In this document: piece by piece, positions 17,842-28,449 of the stretch | Position numbering within the stretch: the stretch's first letter is position 1 | Layout: each line of letters begins with the position of its first letter | Assembly: GCA_964228455.1 (NCBI GenBank) | Contig: CAXQZM010000070.1 | Coordinates: 180 to 64,179 of the forward strand | Direction of reading: 5' to 3' | Source of the DNA: Alphaproteobacteria bacterium | GTDB taxonomy: Bacteria > Pseudomonadota > Alphaproteobacteria > UBA7985 | DNA: 64,000 nucleotides | Notes under the pieces: model-generated | The model's input: only the letters and a program-made list of their open reading frames with translations | Told to the model about the DNA's origin: nothing | The model's database searches: none | Made by a program: the position numbers and the translations under genes

Positions 17842-18706
17842 TAAATTATTTATCTTTGGCATTGGTTACTCAGCGCTAGCGTTGGCAGAAAAATGCATGG
17901 AGCGTGGCTGGCAGGTAAGCGGAAGTGTAAGATCCGGCAACAAAGCTTCAACGCTTCGAGCGAAAGGAATTCGTGCTTTTGCATATGAAGGAGGAAACCC
18001 TAGTGATGAATTAATAAACGAGGTGCAGTCATCTCCTTACATACTTCAATCTATTGGGCTGGCAGAGGGCAAAGATCCAATCCTGCCATTCTTCGACAGT
18101 TACATTGCCTCAATGCCAAGAAAGTGGGTGGGCTATCTCTCAACGACTGTTGTTTATGGAAACCATGATGGAGCGCTTGTAGATGAGACTACAACGCCCC
18201 GTCCAACCACAGATAGGGGAAAGGCACGTCTAGCTGCAGAAAACGCATGGGCACAATTACCAGTGCCAATTCATATTTTTCGCCTTGCTGGGATATACGG
18301 ACAAGGCCGAAACATATTACTTAAAATGCAGCAGGGAAAAGCCCGTACTATCCATAAACCTAACCAGGTTTTTAGTCGTATTCACGTAGAGGATATTGCG
18401 AAGTTACTTCTAGCATCAATGAACGCACCCGCCGCCAAAAGAGGATTGCCTGAAATTTATAATGTTGCTGATACTGAGAGTGCGGCCCCTGAAGTGGTTG
18501 CGGCTTTTGCAGCGGAACTATTAGGTATTAAACCACCTCCTCTTATCCCATTTGAAGCTGCAGAAATGTCTGAAATGGCCAGTAGCTTTTATCAAGACAA
18601 CAAGCGTGTCTCATCTGCAAAAATGCTGAAGCTAATTGGTGAATTTACCTACCCAACCTATCGAGAAGGCCTACGTGCCATAAAACAAAGCCTGCACCCC
18701 AGGTAG
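17834..18706 (+). CDS. NAD(P)-binding Rossmann-fold protein (NAD-dependent epimerase/dehydratase-like SDR)
   Basis: N-terminal LFIFGIGYSALA glycine-rich Rossmann motif. About 290 aa. Overlaps the cobW stop and is convergent with pgk. Confidence 0.6.
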   Translation: MANKLFIFGIGYSALALAEKCMERGWQVSGSVRSGNKASTLRAKGIRAFAYEGGNPSDELINEVQSSPYILQSIGLAEGKDPILPFFDSYIASMPRKWVGYLSTTVVYGNHDGALVDETTTPRPTTDRGKARLAAENAWAQLPVPIHIFRLAGIYGQGRNILLKMQQGKARTIHKPNQVFSRIHVEDIAKLLLASMNAPAAKRGLPEIYNVADTESAAPEVVAAFAAELLGIKPPPLIPFEAAEMSEMASSFYQDNKRVSSAKMLKLIGEFTYPTYREGLRAIKQSLHPR

Positions 18707-19864
18707 TTCGCGACCTTCCATCCACTCTAAGAAAGCACCCCCTGCACTAGAGACATAGGTTAAATCTTCAATAACCCCGGCTTGCTCTAGTGCAGCCACT
18801 GTGTCGCCCCCTCCTGCAACTGATCGCATGCTACCTGCTTTCGTATGCAATGCTACTGCATTAGCCACTGTTTGCGTGGCTGCATTAAACGGCAAGAACT
18901 CAAATGCCCCCAGGGGTCCGTTCCAAATCAGTGTTTTGATTTTTGGTAATAGCCCTAAAATCTGATTTACAGATTCAGGACCAAAATCAAGAATCATTCT
19001 ATCACTCGGAATCTTTGTAATTTCACCTATTTCTGACGCATTGCCCTGGTCTATCGCAGGCGCATAAGAAGCATCAATAGGCAAAATAACACTGCAACCA
19101 AGTCCGTGAGCGCGATCCAAAACATCCAGAGCTCGATTTCTCAGCTCTGGCTCACAAATTGAAATGCCAACCTCATGACCCTGCGCCGCAAGGAAAGTAT
19201 TAGCCATCCCGCCACCAATAACCAAGAAATCTACTTTGGTTACCAGATTGTAGAGAAGATCAAACTTCGTCGAGACCTTTGAGCCTCCAACTATTGCCAT
19301 CACAGGGCGATCAGGCATCGACAATGCCATTTCCAAAGCCCTAAGTTCCGAGGTCATTAGCTCACCGGCAAACGCTGGCATCAAGCTAGGTAGCGCGGCA
19401 GTTGAAGCGTGCGCTCTATGCGCAGCGGAGAAAGCGTCATTAACGTAGATATCTGCCAGGGCCGCTAGATCTTTAGCTAAAGCTATTTCATTAGCCTCTT
19501 CTCCAGGATCAAAACGTAAGTTTTCTAATACTAGTATATCACCAATCCGCATATTTCGCACGCCTGCCATGGCAGCCGTTCCTCGCAAATCAGAAATAAA
19601 TTGAATGTCCTTATCCATGATTTTACCCAAGGCAGCGGCTATGGGGGCAAGGCTCAACTCTGGAACTTCTTGGCCCTTCGGACGTCCAAAATGAGATACG
19701 AGCACAACACGCGCGCCACGCTCTGAAAGATTCATCAGACCAGGCGCAAGGCGACGTAGTCGCGCATCATTGCTTACTTTACCATTAATCATTGGGACAT
19801 TTAAATCGACCCGAACAACAATAGTGCGTCCACTTACCTCAGCTTCCGTTATGGATCGAAACAT
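18671..19864 (-). CDS. pgk: Phosphoglycerate kinase
   Basis: RVDLNVP...VSHFGRPKG N-terminal signature. 397 aa. Confidence 0.9.
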   Translation of the reverse strand: MFRSITEAEVSGRTIVVRVDLNVPMINGKVSNDARLRRLAPGLMNLSERGARVVLVSHFGRPKGQEVPELSLAPIAAALGKIMDKDIQFISDLRGTAAMAGVRNMRIGDILVLENLRFDPGEEANEIALAKDLAALADIYVNDAFSAAHRAHASTAALPSLMPAFAGELMTSELRALEMALSMPDRPVMAIVGGSKVSTKFDLLYNLVTKVDFLVIGGGMANTFLAAQGHEVGISICEPELRNRALDVLDRAHGLGCSVILPIDASYAPAIDQGNASEIGEITKIPSDRMILDFGPESVNQILGLLPKIKTLIWNGPLGAFEFLPFNAATQTVANAVALHTKAGSMRSVAGGGDTVAALEQAGVIEDLTYVSSAGGAFLEWMEGRELPGVQALFYGT

Positions 19865-20021
19865 TAAATGGCCTTCCTTAAATATTTCTAACGCCGCTTA
19901 TCCTAAACTTTCAGTTATGAGGGGTAACTACCGTTATTTTGCATGAACAGAGTTAAGATGGCAAAAGTGTCGTACCAATTAAAAATTCAAACTATCAAAT
20001 AGCTACTCTACGAGTATTTTT

Positions 20022-21164
20022 TTACAGAATAACGTCAGCCAAAGAATTAGGGTGATAGGTCAATTTCTCGTATCCATCTGCAGTTACGATAAAGCTATCG
20101 CCAACTTGCGCACGAAAAGTATCAACAGACACGGACCCGTCGATAGCAAGAACCATACCAGGCTCAATGATTGTTTTATCACCAGTAACTAATTGTGGAG
20201 ACTCCAAAAAACTAAAGCCAGTGGCGCGACCACATCGGAACGGATATTCATATCCAGATGTTTGTATAACTTCTGCGTATTCAGCGTGAATGCTTTCGGC
20301 GGTCACCCCTGGACGAAGCGCGTCCAAAGCGGCTTTCTGGCTTGCTAGCGCCACTTGATAAACAGATGCTTGATCATCAGGTGCATCACTAATCCAGAAT
20401 GTACGATCAAATCCCAATTTAAAGCGATGGAAATTTGTCATACCGCAAAAGCATAAGAACACGGGTTCACCCTGCCTCATAATTCTTGTGGAGGCTCGAT
20501 GGTGGGTTTTAATGATCTCGTTCCCGGAAGCCATGATCTGCAGAAAATGAGTATTCGGAGACATATCTTTATCACTATAATGCGCGATTAAGAGCTCTGC
20601 TGCTTTGCGCGTTCCCGCTTGTGATGTAGCCAATGCGACTTCGAATTCTGCAACGCCGGATCCTATAGCATCCCTGCCCGCTGCCATCATTGCAGTTGCA
20701 ACCTCTCCTGCGTGGCGAGCAAGTTGCAATTCATCTGCCGACTTGATCATGCGCATTTTACTCAAAATAGGGGATATCGTTGTTAATGACGCACCATCCT
20801 TAGCCTCATCTAAATAAGTACGCACGGGCGCAGGCATTTGATCCGGCTCTATGCCAATAAGCTTCGCAAACTTCATAATTCTTGGAAGCTCTTCACGCCA
20901 CTCTTCACCCATCCCATCATTCCAAGCAGAGATGCGATCGACCTCTGCAGCCGCTAAAGCGGTGTTTAGATCAATAGTCGGAGTAACTAATAGAATTTCT
21001 CCATCCTTTGGAATTATAAGTATTGTCGGTCTACCAAACTCCATATGAAGATAATCATAGTAACCACACAGGTAATAAATGTTGTCGTCGTCTGTTATCA
21101 GAGCAACATCTATACTTGCCTTAGAAAGTTCTGATTGAAAGCGAGCTAACCTTTCTCGAAACAC
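20022..21164 (-). CDS. M24-family peptidase (Xaa-Pro aminopeptidase/creatinase-like)
   Basis: Creatinase-type N-terminal domain plus a C-terminal pita-bread region with His/Asp/Glu metal-ligand spacing typical of M24. 380 aa. Confidence 0.75.
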   Translation of the reverse strand: MFRERLARFQSELSKASIDVALITDDDNIYYLCGYYDYLHMEFGRPTILIIPKDGEILLVTPTIDLNTALAAAEVDRISAWNDGMGEEWREELPRIMKFAKLIGIEPDQMPAPVRTYLDEAKDGASLTTISPILSKMRMIKSADELQLARHAGEVATAMMAAGRDAIGSGVAEFEVALATSQAGTRKAAELLIAHYSDKDMSPNTHFLQIMASGNEIIKTHHRASTRIMRQGEPVFLCFCGMTNFHRFKLGFDRTFWISDAPDDQASVYQVALASQKAALDALRPGVTAESIHAEYAEVIQTSGYEYPFRCGRATGFSFLESPQLVTGDKTIIEPGMVLAIDGSVSVDTFRAQVGDSFIVTADGYEKLTYHPNSLADVIL

Positions 21165-21218
21165 GTGCGCCCTCCTCTGAAAAAAACCAGTATCAGCCGC
21201 ACTTAGCGCAGGCTGACC

Positions 21219-21779
21219 TTACTTAGCTACTATAACCATCGCGGCCCTCAATAACCGATCATGGATCAGATAACCTGGTGCCACAACTTCGACAATGATG
21301 CCAGAGTCTGCATCTGAACCCTCAACATGTTGGAGTGCCTGATGATGGTTAGGATCAAAAGGCTCGCCCTTCGGATTAATTTGTTGGATATGACATTTCT
21401 GAAAAGCTTTCAGCATCTCTTTTTCTGTCATCTCAACTCCAATGCAAAGATTGGATAAAATCTCATCGTCTTTACGCTTCTCAAGCGGAACCGCGAGCCG
21501 AGCTCTACCCAAATGGTCGAGGGCAGTAAGCAGCTCTTTTGCTAATGGCTCAACCGCAAATTTCCGCGCGTTTTCCATATCGCGACGAGTACGGTTACGA
21601 GTATTCTCAGAATCTGCTAAAGCTCGAAGAACATTTTCATTAGCTTTTGAAAGCTCTGCTTCTAGCTCAGATATTCTTTCCTCAGGCGACAGTTCCTGAT
21701 CATCGGCATCAGTCACCTCGTTCTCGAGATGCTCCTCAACAATTTCCTCTTCCGAGACTTCGTTATCCTGGTCGTTCAT
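21219..21779 (-). CDS. grpE: Nucleotide exchange factor GrpE
   Basis: Acidic N-terminus, coiled coil, RTRRDMENARKFAVE and C-terminal GYLIHDRLLR typical of GrpE. Confidence 0.9.
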   Translation of the reverse strand: MNDQDNEVSEEEIVEEHLENEVTDADDQELSPEERISELEAELSKANENVLRALADSENTRNRTRRDMENARKFAVEPLAKELLTALDHLGRARLAVPLEKRKDDEILSNLCIGVEMTEKEMLKAFQKCHIQQINPKGEPFDPNHHQALQHVEGSDADSGIIVEVVAPGYLIHDRLLRAAMVIVAK

Positions 21780-21825
21780 TATTTACCCTTGGGAAAGTGA
21801 TTTGGAGCCTATCTGGGTATTCAAA

Positions 21826-22866
21826 TCAGGAACGCAAGACCCGCTCCATAACTTGAGCTGTATAATCAACCATGGGGACGATACGGCCGTAGTTCATATG
21901 AGTTGGTCCAATTACGCCGACAGCTCCAACAAGAGACTTATCTCCAACTTTATATGAGCTCAAAACCAGCGAAAACCCAGAGAGCCCAAAAAGGTCCGAC
22001 TCCGATCCTAGATAGACCTGAACGCCCATAGCATTATCCGCTTCAGCCAAAAGTCGCTGCATTGTTTCTGTTGTTTCTAATGCGTCCAACAAGGACTGCA
22101 GTCTCTCAAAGTCTTCCTGTGCCTTAACATCATTAAGCAAATGTGATTGTCCTCTAACAATGAAGACAAGCTCTTCCTGGTCTTTAGCCATTTGCGTGAG
22201 ACCCTTCTCCACTAGTCCCTTTGAGAGAATCTCTGCTTCATTACGTTGCTGATTTAATAATATCTTTAAGTCGACAAGACCTTGCACCAAAGTCTTGCCC
22301 GCCAAATGAGCGCTCAAAAAGTTCGACGCCGCCTTCAGTTGGCCTGCACTAAAACCTGTAGGAAGGTCCAAAAGTCTGTTCTCAACTTTGCCCTTCTCAT
22401 CAACCAAAACGATTAATGCTTGTTCTATGCTTAAGGGAACAAACTCGATCTGCCTTAATCTAGTTTGGGCTTTTGGAGCCATGACTAATCCTGTTAGACT
22501 GCTCAAACCAGACAACTTTGAACCCGCCTCTTCCAAAACCTGATTGAAATTCAGCCCAGTGTCTTTTGCTTGCGCCTCCAAACTTGCACGCTCCTCTAAC
22601 GTTAGATTTCCTCGCTCTAATAGGCCAGACACAAATAGCCTCAATCCAGCCTCCGTTGGCAATCTACCAGCACTAACGTGTGGCGCATATAAAAGTCCGC
22701 TATCTTCTAAATCGGCCATTACATTTCTTATTGATGCAGGAGATAGTCCAAGCGAATCCGATTTTGACAGGGTTCGGGAACCGACAGGAGCCCCAGTTGC
22801 GAGATAAGATTCTACTAGCTCACCTAAGATAAGGCGTGCACGGTCAGTTAGGGATTGCAATTCCAT
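21826..22866 (-). CDS. hrcA: Heat-inducible transcription repressor HrcA
   Basis: N-terminal winged [25 protein letters not shown]. 346 aa. hrcA-grpE operon. Confidence 0.9.
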   Translation of the reverse strand: MELQSLTDRARLILGELVESYLATGAPVGSRTLSKSDSLGLSPASIRNVMADLEDSGLLYAPHVSAGRLPTEAGLRLFVSGLLERGNLTLEERASLEAQAKDTGLNFNQVLEEAGSKLSGLSSLTGLVMAPKAQTRLRQIEFVPLSIEQALIVLVDEKGKVENRLLDLPTGFSAGQLKAASNFLSAHLAGKTLVQGLVDLKILLNQQRNEAEILSKGLVEKGLTQMAKDQEELVFIVRGQSHLLNDVKAQEDFERLQSLLDALETTETMQRLLAEADNAMGVQVYLGSESDLFGLSGFSLVLSSYKVGDKSLVGAVGVIGPTHMNYGRIVPMVDYTAQVMERVLRS

Positions 22867-22922
22867 GTCGACTTATAGGTATGGGGATACAACTTTTGAT
22901 GTCAACCAAAGGACCAGTCATA

Positions 22923-23651
22923 ATGTCCCGTGCTTTAAACCGCCCATCTGGGCGTTCAGCTGACGAGCTTCGCCCTACAGAATTTGATCTCTCAATATCA
23001 AAATGGGCAGAAGGTGCCTGTTTAATCTCTACTGGAGACACCCGCGTCCTTGTAACTGCAAGTGTGGAAGAGGGTGTGCCTCCATTCATGAGGGGACAAG
23101 GTACGGGTTGGCTAACTGCTGAGTATGGGATGTTACCGCGAGCTACCGATACCCGCGGAGCTCGCGAAGCCGCTAAGGGAAAACAATCTGGCCGGACTCA
23201 AGAAATACAGAGACTTGTAGGCCGCTCATTGCGAGCAGCGGTGGATCTCAAGTTACTTGGAGAACGCCAAATCAAAATAGACTGTGATGTGATTCAAGCA
23301 GATGGGGGAACCCGCACCGCATCAATTTTGGGTGCATCTGTAGCAGTACGACAAGCACTTGATCATTTGTTAAAACTCGAGGTGATTATGAATGACCCTA
23401 TGCCCGAGCACGTACTAGCCGTATCATGTGGCCTGTACCAAGGGGTTCCTGTTTTGGATCTAGATTACAAAGAAGACTCAAATGCAGGCGCGGATGCCAA
23501 CTTTGTCATGACAGCTGGAGGTGGCCTAATCGAAATTCAGGGAACAGCAGAAGACAAGCCATTCCCGAGATCAGAATTTTTGGCAATGCTAGAGCTTGCA
23601 GAATCAGGCTGCAAAAAATTGAATGAAAGAATTCAAGCAGTGCTCAGCTAG
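22923..23651 (+). CDS. rph: Ribonuclease PH
   Basis: [12 protein letters not shown]...[16 protein letters not shown] motifs. Start chosen at the ATG giving MSRALNRP. The ORF in the track begins at 22836. Confidence 0.9.
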   Translation: MSRALNRPSGRSADELRPTEFDLSISKWAEGACLISTGDTRVLVTASVEEGVPPFMRGQGTGWLTAEYGMLPRATDTRGAREAAKGKQSGRTQEIQRLVGRSLRAAVDLKLLGERQIKIDCDVIQADGGTRTASILGASVAVRQALDHLLKLEVIMNDPMPEHVLAVSCGLYQGVPVLDLDYKEDSNAGADANFVMTAGGGLIEIQGTAEDKPFPRSEFLAMLELAESGCKKLNERIQAVLS

Positions 23652-23692
23652 ACTTGCGCTATTGGTTCACCCGTCCTAAGGGCGGACGCAAC

Positions 23693-23782
23693 AGAGAGGT
23701 GGCCGAGTGGCTGAAGGCGCTCCCCTGCTAAGGGAGTAGGCGTGAAAATGCCTCGTGGGTTCGAATCCCATCCTCTCTGCCA
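23693..23782 (+). tRNA. tRNA-Ser (anticodon GCT)
   Basis: Manual fold: acceptor AGAGAGG/CCTCTCT, anticodon stem CTCCC/GGGAG with loop CTGCTAA, long variable arm GGCGtgaaaatGCCT, T-loop GTGGGTTCGAATCCCAT, discriminator G, encoded CCA. Confidence 0.85.
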
Positions 23783-23818
23783 CAAACTTATGGAAATAAC
23801 CAAGACCTTCTATCTGTT

Positions 23819-24766
23819 TTATACTTCCAAAAGAAATAGTACTCCACTCATGGTAAAAAAGGACATGACCGTCATCACTAGCATGGATGCTGAAGCTTGG
23901 TCAGCTTCTCCAAACTGTTCTGCCAAAATTGGGTATAAAGTCATTGCTGGGGTTGAAGCCATAATGATGGCAGCTTTACGCAAATTGTGGTCAGACACAC
24001 CAAATCCTATGCTGTCGAGCAGTTCGAATGTTAAAAAAACCAAAATCGGAAGCAAAATTAGTTTACCACTTACGATTCCAAACATCCTGAACCCAAATTT
24101 ACTTGCCGTGACGCCACAGAGAGTGCCTCCGATTACGAATAAGCAAACTGCCGCGCTTGATTGAGCCAAAAGATTAATAGAAGTGACGGCAAACACGGGC
24201 AATTTGATATCTGCTATTACAACCAGCAACCCAGCTATCATAGCGATGACGAGGGGATTAGTAAGTAGCCGTTTTGTTATGAAAACAATCAGTGATAAAC
24301 CCTTTCTCTTACTGGATGATGCACGCTCAGCCAGTATTAAAACCAAAGGTATTATAACAAGGTTTTCGACCAGCATGTTCAGCGCTATCGCAGTTTGTGC
24401 AACAGCAGGTAAAGCTAACAAAAGAAGAGGATAACCAACGAATCCACTGTTTGCGCATGCCATCCCTGCTGCATCAAAGGTGCTAGCAACCGGATCTGTT
24501 TGCCAAAAGTATTTCGAAACCAGATAGCCAAATACAAGAACCAGCAGTGTGGCACTAAGGTATCCGATTAAATAGCTAGTGTTGGCAATATCTGTTAGTG
24601 ATCGAGTTGAAAGAGCGTTAAAAATAAGCGCGGGCAAAGCGATATTTATTACATATGCACTAAGCGTACCAAGTGCATTCCTTGTAAGAAGCCGCCATCT
24701 CAGAGAAGAATAGCCAACAATGACAATTACAAAAATTGTCCCCGTTAGGGATAAGACATTTGTCAA
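23819..24766 (-). CDS. AEC-family (auxin efflux carrier / MdcF-like) membrane transporter
   Basis: About 10 hydrophobic helices in a 315-aa protein with two repeated halves. General resemblance to AEC permeases. Confidence 0.7.
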   Translation of the reverse strand: MTNVLSLTGTIFVIVIVGYSSLRWRLLTRNALGTLSAYVINIALPALIFNALSTRSLTDIANTSYLIGYLSATLLVLVFGYLVSKYFWQTDPVASTFDAAGMACANSGFVGYPLLLLALPAVAQTAIALNMLVENLVIIPLVLILAERASSSKRKGLSLIVFITKRLLTNPLVIAMIAGLLVVIADIKLPVFAVTSINLLAQSSAAVCLFVIGGTLCGVTASKFGFRMFGIVSGKLILLPILVFLTFELLDSIGFGVSDHNLRKAAIIMASTPAMTLYPILAEQFGEADQASASMLVMTVMSFFTMSGVLFLLEV

Positions 24767-24954
24767 CTTAAGCGCTCCCTCGACAATGACACATTCAAAA
24801 TTTCTTCCAAGATCACGAAAACCACTAACTTTTAGAGAAGATAGAGCATATCATATATCTAAATGTTATATTAGATCTTCTTGACCTTACGGCATAGCCT
24901 CTCTAAGGGCGCGCCTTCTATTTTGAATTGAAATTAAAGTTAGGATCGAGTCCT

Positions 24955-25221
24955 ATGGCTAACTCTCCCCAGGCAAAAAAACGCATCCGTACCAACGCAA
25001 CTCGCGCTCGTATAAATGCAGCTCGTCGTTCACGGGTAAGAACTTTCTTGAAAAAAGTCGACCTCGCGGTTGCTGGTGGTGACCAAACCGCGGCTAACGA
25101 AGCTTTGAAGTCGGCTCAATCAGAACTAATGCGAAGTGTGTCACGAGGCGTTTTCAAAAAGAACACTGCGGCTCGCACAGTTTCACGCCTAAATGCGCGT
25201 GTGAAAGCTATGTCTGCTTAA
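24955..25221 (+). CDS. rpsT: 30S ribosomal protein S20
   Basis: [12 protein letters not shown]...RARVKAMSA is typical S20. Start moved to the ATG at 24955, preceded by AGGA. Confidence 0.9.
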   Translation: MANSPQAKKRIRTNATRARINAARRSRVRTFLKKVDLAVAGGDQTAANEALKSAQSELMRSVSRGVFKKNTAARTVSRLNARVKAMSA

Positions 25222-25239
25222 CCAAAAGCAATTTTTTTG

Positions 25240-25273
25240 TAAAAAAAAGGGCCCTTGAGGGCCTTTTTTTTTA
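25240..25273. terminator. Rho-independent terminator after rpsT
   Basis: Sequence aaaaaaaaGGGCCCttgaGGGCCttttttttt. GC hairpin with flanking A-tract and T-tract. Confidence 0.55.
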
Positions 25274-25350
25274 GCAGCGTCGAAACATTGTTTTGAAGTT
25301 GGAATTGCAATTTTGTATGACGCTCGCGTGCTTAAGTTTGAAGGATAAAA

Positions 25351-25875
25351 ATGGCCCAACCGAATTCTTACAACTACGATGACCTTCTCGCATCAGGAAG
25401 GGGAGAGCTTTTCGGACCCTTGGGACCTCAACTACCAGCGCCTCCAATGCTTATGTTCGACCGTATAACCCAAATTTCATCTGAGGGAGGATCATACGGT
25501 CGCGGTGAAGTGATTGCTGAGCTCGACATCAACCCTGACCTTTGGTTCTATCCTTGTCACTTTGAGGGAGATCCAGTTATGCCAGGTTGCCTAGGTGTTG
25601 ATGCACTGTGGCAACTTGTTGGCTTTTACATAGGTTGGTTAGGTGGAGAGGGTAAAGGTCGCGCACTTGGAGCTGGCGACATTAAATTTACCGGACAAGT
25701 AAGACCAACCGTCAAAACTGTGACCTACAAAATTTCTATCCGAAGAGCTAAAGTTTCCGCAGCATCAATCGCATTTGCTGATGGACTAGTCTACGCAGAT
25801 GACCGTTTAGTATATGACTGCAAAGGCCTTCGTGTTGGCCTCTTCAACGCAACATCTCTGGAGGCTTTAGACTAA
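25351..25875 (+). CDS. fabA: 3-hydroxydecanoyl-ACP dehydratase/isomerase
   Basis: Active-site region [24 protein letters not shown]. 174 aa. Directly followed by fabB. Confidence 0.9.
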   Translation: MAQPNSYNYDDLLASGRGELFGPLGPQLPAPPMLMFDRITQISSEGGSYGRGEVIAELDINPDLWFYPCHFEGDPVMPGCLGVDALWQLVGFYIGWLGGEGKGRALGAGDIKFTGQVRPTVKTVTYKISIRRAKVSAASIAFADGLVYADDRLVYDCKGLRVGLFNATSLEALD

Positions 25876-27104
25876 TGAACTTACCTCGCGTTGTTATCAC
25901 AGGTTTTGGGATCATTTCTTCCCTTGGTGCAAATAAAGAAGAAATTTGGGATGCACTAAAATCTGGGAGATCCGGCATTAGCTTTGAGCAGAGCTTTGCA
26001 GATCATGGTTTTAGATGCCACATATCGGCCCGACCAAAAGTCACTGCGTTAGAAGTTCTTGATCGGAAAACCCAACGATTCATGGGCGAAACAGCGGGGT
26101 TGGCGTACTTAGCCGCCCAGGAGGCAATAGAATCAGCGGGGTTAAGCGAAGAAGATGTTCAGTCTGAGCGAACAGCACTCATTGTAGGCTCTGGCGGACC
26201 CTCCACAGATATTCAAGTATCTATTGCAGACACAGCTCGCGAGAGAGGCGCCAGAAAAGTTGGACCTACATTAGTGCCAAAGATAATGAGTTCGGGTACG
26301 TCTGCTGTGCTATCAACTTTACTGAAAACGAAGGGTGCCTCTTACTCAATATCTTCGGCATGTTCGACATCGGCGCATTGCATCGGCCATGCAATGGAAC
26401 TTATCCAACTAGGTAAGGCTGACCGCGCATTAGCCGGGGGGGCGGAAGAAGTACACTGGACTATGGCAGCAGCTTTTGACGCTATGGGCGCTATGTCGGC
26501 TGGGCGAAACGATAACCCTGAAACGGCTTCGCGTGCGTACGATGCCAGTCGCGATGGCTTCGTTATATCTGGTGGTGGTTCTATTCTGGTTCTAGAATCC
26601 TTAGACGCCGCGAACGCACGAGGCGCAAATATCATTGCTGAAATCGTCGGCTATGGTGCATCAGCAGACGGGTTTGATATGGTTGCGCCCTCGGGCGAAG
26701 GCGCTGTCCGGTGCATGCGGCAAGCCCTACAACAAGCAGGTAACCCGCAAATTGATTATATTAACACTCATGGTACGTCTACGCCGGTTGGCGACACGCG
26801 CGAGTTGTCAGCTTTGGCAGAAGTGTTTGGTGGAGAAGAGCACGTTCCTGCTATATCTTCCACCAAGTCCCTCTCGGGCCATGCCCTAGGTGCAGCAGGC
26901 TCTAATGAGGCAAGTTACTGCTTGCTTATGCTTCAAAATAAAATGATCGCTGCCTCCGCCCATATTGAAGAACTAGATGAAAGTGCTCAAAAGTTCGACA
27001 TAGTGCAAGAAAACCGCTACGGTGAACTAAACTATTTACTTTCCAATTCGTTTGGCTTTGGCGGAACAAATGCCACCCTTATTTTCAAGGCACCTAGCCA
27101 GTAG
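25875..27104 (+). CDS. fabB: 3-oxoacyl-ACP synthase I
   Basis: KAS active-site SSACSTSAHCIGHA plus NTHGTSTPVGD and GHALGAAG motifs. fabA-fabB operon. Confidence 0.9.
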   Translation: MNLPRVVITGFGIISSLGANKEEIWDALKSGRSGISFEQSFADHGFRCHISARPKVTALEVLDRKTQRFMGETAGLAYLAAQEAIESAGLSEEDVQSERTALIVGSGGPSTDIQVSIADTARERGARKVGPTLVPKIMSSGTSAVLSTLLKTKGASYSISSACSTSAHCIGHAMELIQLGKADRALAGGAEEVHWTMAAAFDAMGAMSAGRNDNPETASRAYDASRDGFVISGGGSILVLESLDAANARGANIIAEIVGYGASADGFDMVAPSGEGAVRCMRQALQQAGNPQIDYINTHGTSTPVGDTRELSALAEVFGGEEHVPAISSTKSLSGHALGAAGSNEASYCLLMLQNKMIAASAHIEELDESAQKFDIVQENRYGELNYLLSNSFGFGGTNATLIFKAPSQ

Positions 27105-27155
27105 CAGTCAGTTACACGGCTTTTTGATCAAGATATTTGAGAATAACTTTTCAGC

Positions 27156-28265
27156 CTAGCTAACTGGCTCACCTGAAAGTTGCTGCGCCTTCTGCTCGAT
27201 TAGTTCCACCATTCGATTAATCATGCCTTCCGTGTCAGTTTTTTCGGCAGCCTGACCTCCAACATAAAGCAAATGAGTGCCGTTTCCACCTCCTGTTAGC
27301 CCGATGTCAGTTTCTTTAGCCTCACCGACTCCGTTGACTACACAACCAATCAAGGAGACATCCATCGGCGTCGTAATATGTGCCACCCGCTCCTCTAAAG
27401 CTTTAACCATTTCAATGACTGGAAACTGCTGTCTTGCGCATGATGGACAAGAGATGATGTTTACGCCTTTGTGTCTCAAACCAAGGGACTTAAGCAAATC
27501 AAAGCCAACCTTAATTTCTTCAACTGGGTCAGCTGATAAAGACACTCTTAGCGTGTCGCCAATACCTGCCCAAAGCAGTGAGCCCATCCCTATAGAGGAT
27601 TTAACTGTCCCTGTTCGCGCGGGACCCGCCTCTGTGATACCTAAATGAAGTGGATAGTCTACTTCATCTGAAAGCCCATGATAAGCCGCCACCGCCATAA
27701 ATAGGTCGGATGCTTTCACTGATATCTTCATGTTTGTAAAATCTAAATCCTCTAGCAGCCGAACAGACTCTAATGCTGACTCCACCAAAGCCTCGGGGCA
27801 CGGCTCACCGTATTTTTCAAGCAAGTGTTTCTCGAGAGAGCCTCCATTAACGCCAATACGAATTGCACAACCGTTTGCCTTCGCCGCCGAAACTACCTCT
27901 GCGACTCTATCCCGGCTGCCGATATTTCCTGGGTTAATTCGCAAACAGTGAGCGCCAGCGTCCGCAGCTTCCAGGGCACGATGATAGTGAAAGTGTATAT
28001 CCGCCACCAGAGGGACTGACATCTCTTTCAAAATTTGAGGAAGCGCCTTGCTTGACTGCTCATCTGGGCAAGACACTCGAATAAGGTCCGCTCCTGCTGC
28101 TTCAAGTTTATGGATTTGAGATACGGTAGCATTAACGTCGTGTGTGGGTGTGTTAGTCATTGACTGCACAGAAATTGGCGCAGTTCCGCCTATAACTACA
28201 TTACCAACTTTTATTTCACGCGTCTTTCGACGCTGTATTTGACGCCAAGGGCGAATGGCAGACAT
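27156..28265 (-). CDS. ispG: 4-hydroxy-3-methylbut-2-enyl diphosphate synthase
   Basis: [23 protein letters not shown]-terminal signature and a C-terminal Cys cluster (CPSCAR...GCVVNG). Confidence 0.9.
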   Translation of the reverse strand: MSAIRPWRQIQRRKTREIKVGNVVIGGTAPISVQSMTNTPTHDVNATVSQIHKLEAAGADLIRVSCPDEQSSKALPQILKEMSVPLVADIHFHYHRALEAADAGAHCLRINPGNIGSRDRVAEVVSAAKANGCAIRIGVNGGSLEKHLLEKYGEPCPEALVESALESVRLLEDLDFTNMKISVKASDLFMAVAAYHGLSDEVDYPLHLGITEAGPARTGTVKSSIGMGSLLWAGIGDTLRVSLSADPVEEIKVGFDLLKSLGLRHKGVNIISCPSCARQQFPVIEMVKALEERVAHITTPMDVSLIGCVVNGVGEAKETDIGLTGGGNGTHLLYVGGQAAEKTDTEGMINRMVELIEQKAQQLSGEPVS

Positions 28266-28449
28266 AAATTACTCTCGTTCAGACAAATAGCTTCCTTCAA
28301 TATATAGTGGCATAGTGTTGCAGCACCAATATCAACTTTATAGTATCAGCCTGACATTGATTTCTTAAATATATTAAACAGGGCTAGCTCCATTAGCATC
28401 GCTGAGGCATAAAGAAAAACAAGGACTTGTTAATTAGGATATTCACTAC

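Noticed and set aside
21826-22930. Looked for a CIRCE element (TTAGCACTC-N9-GAGTGCTAA) controlling hrcA-grpE
   Set aside because: No match to the inverted repeat in the hrcA-rph divergent region or elsewhere in the window. In alphaproteobacteria CIRCE is usually confined to groESL, which is not in this window.
23742-24164. 140-aa plus-strand ORF starting inside tRNA-Ser and running antisense to the AEC transporter gene
   Set aside because: It overlaps a confidently folded tRNA and lies wholly inside or antisense to a well-supported membrane-protein gene. No RBS. Likely a spurious ORF.
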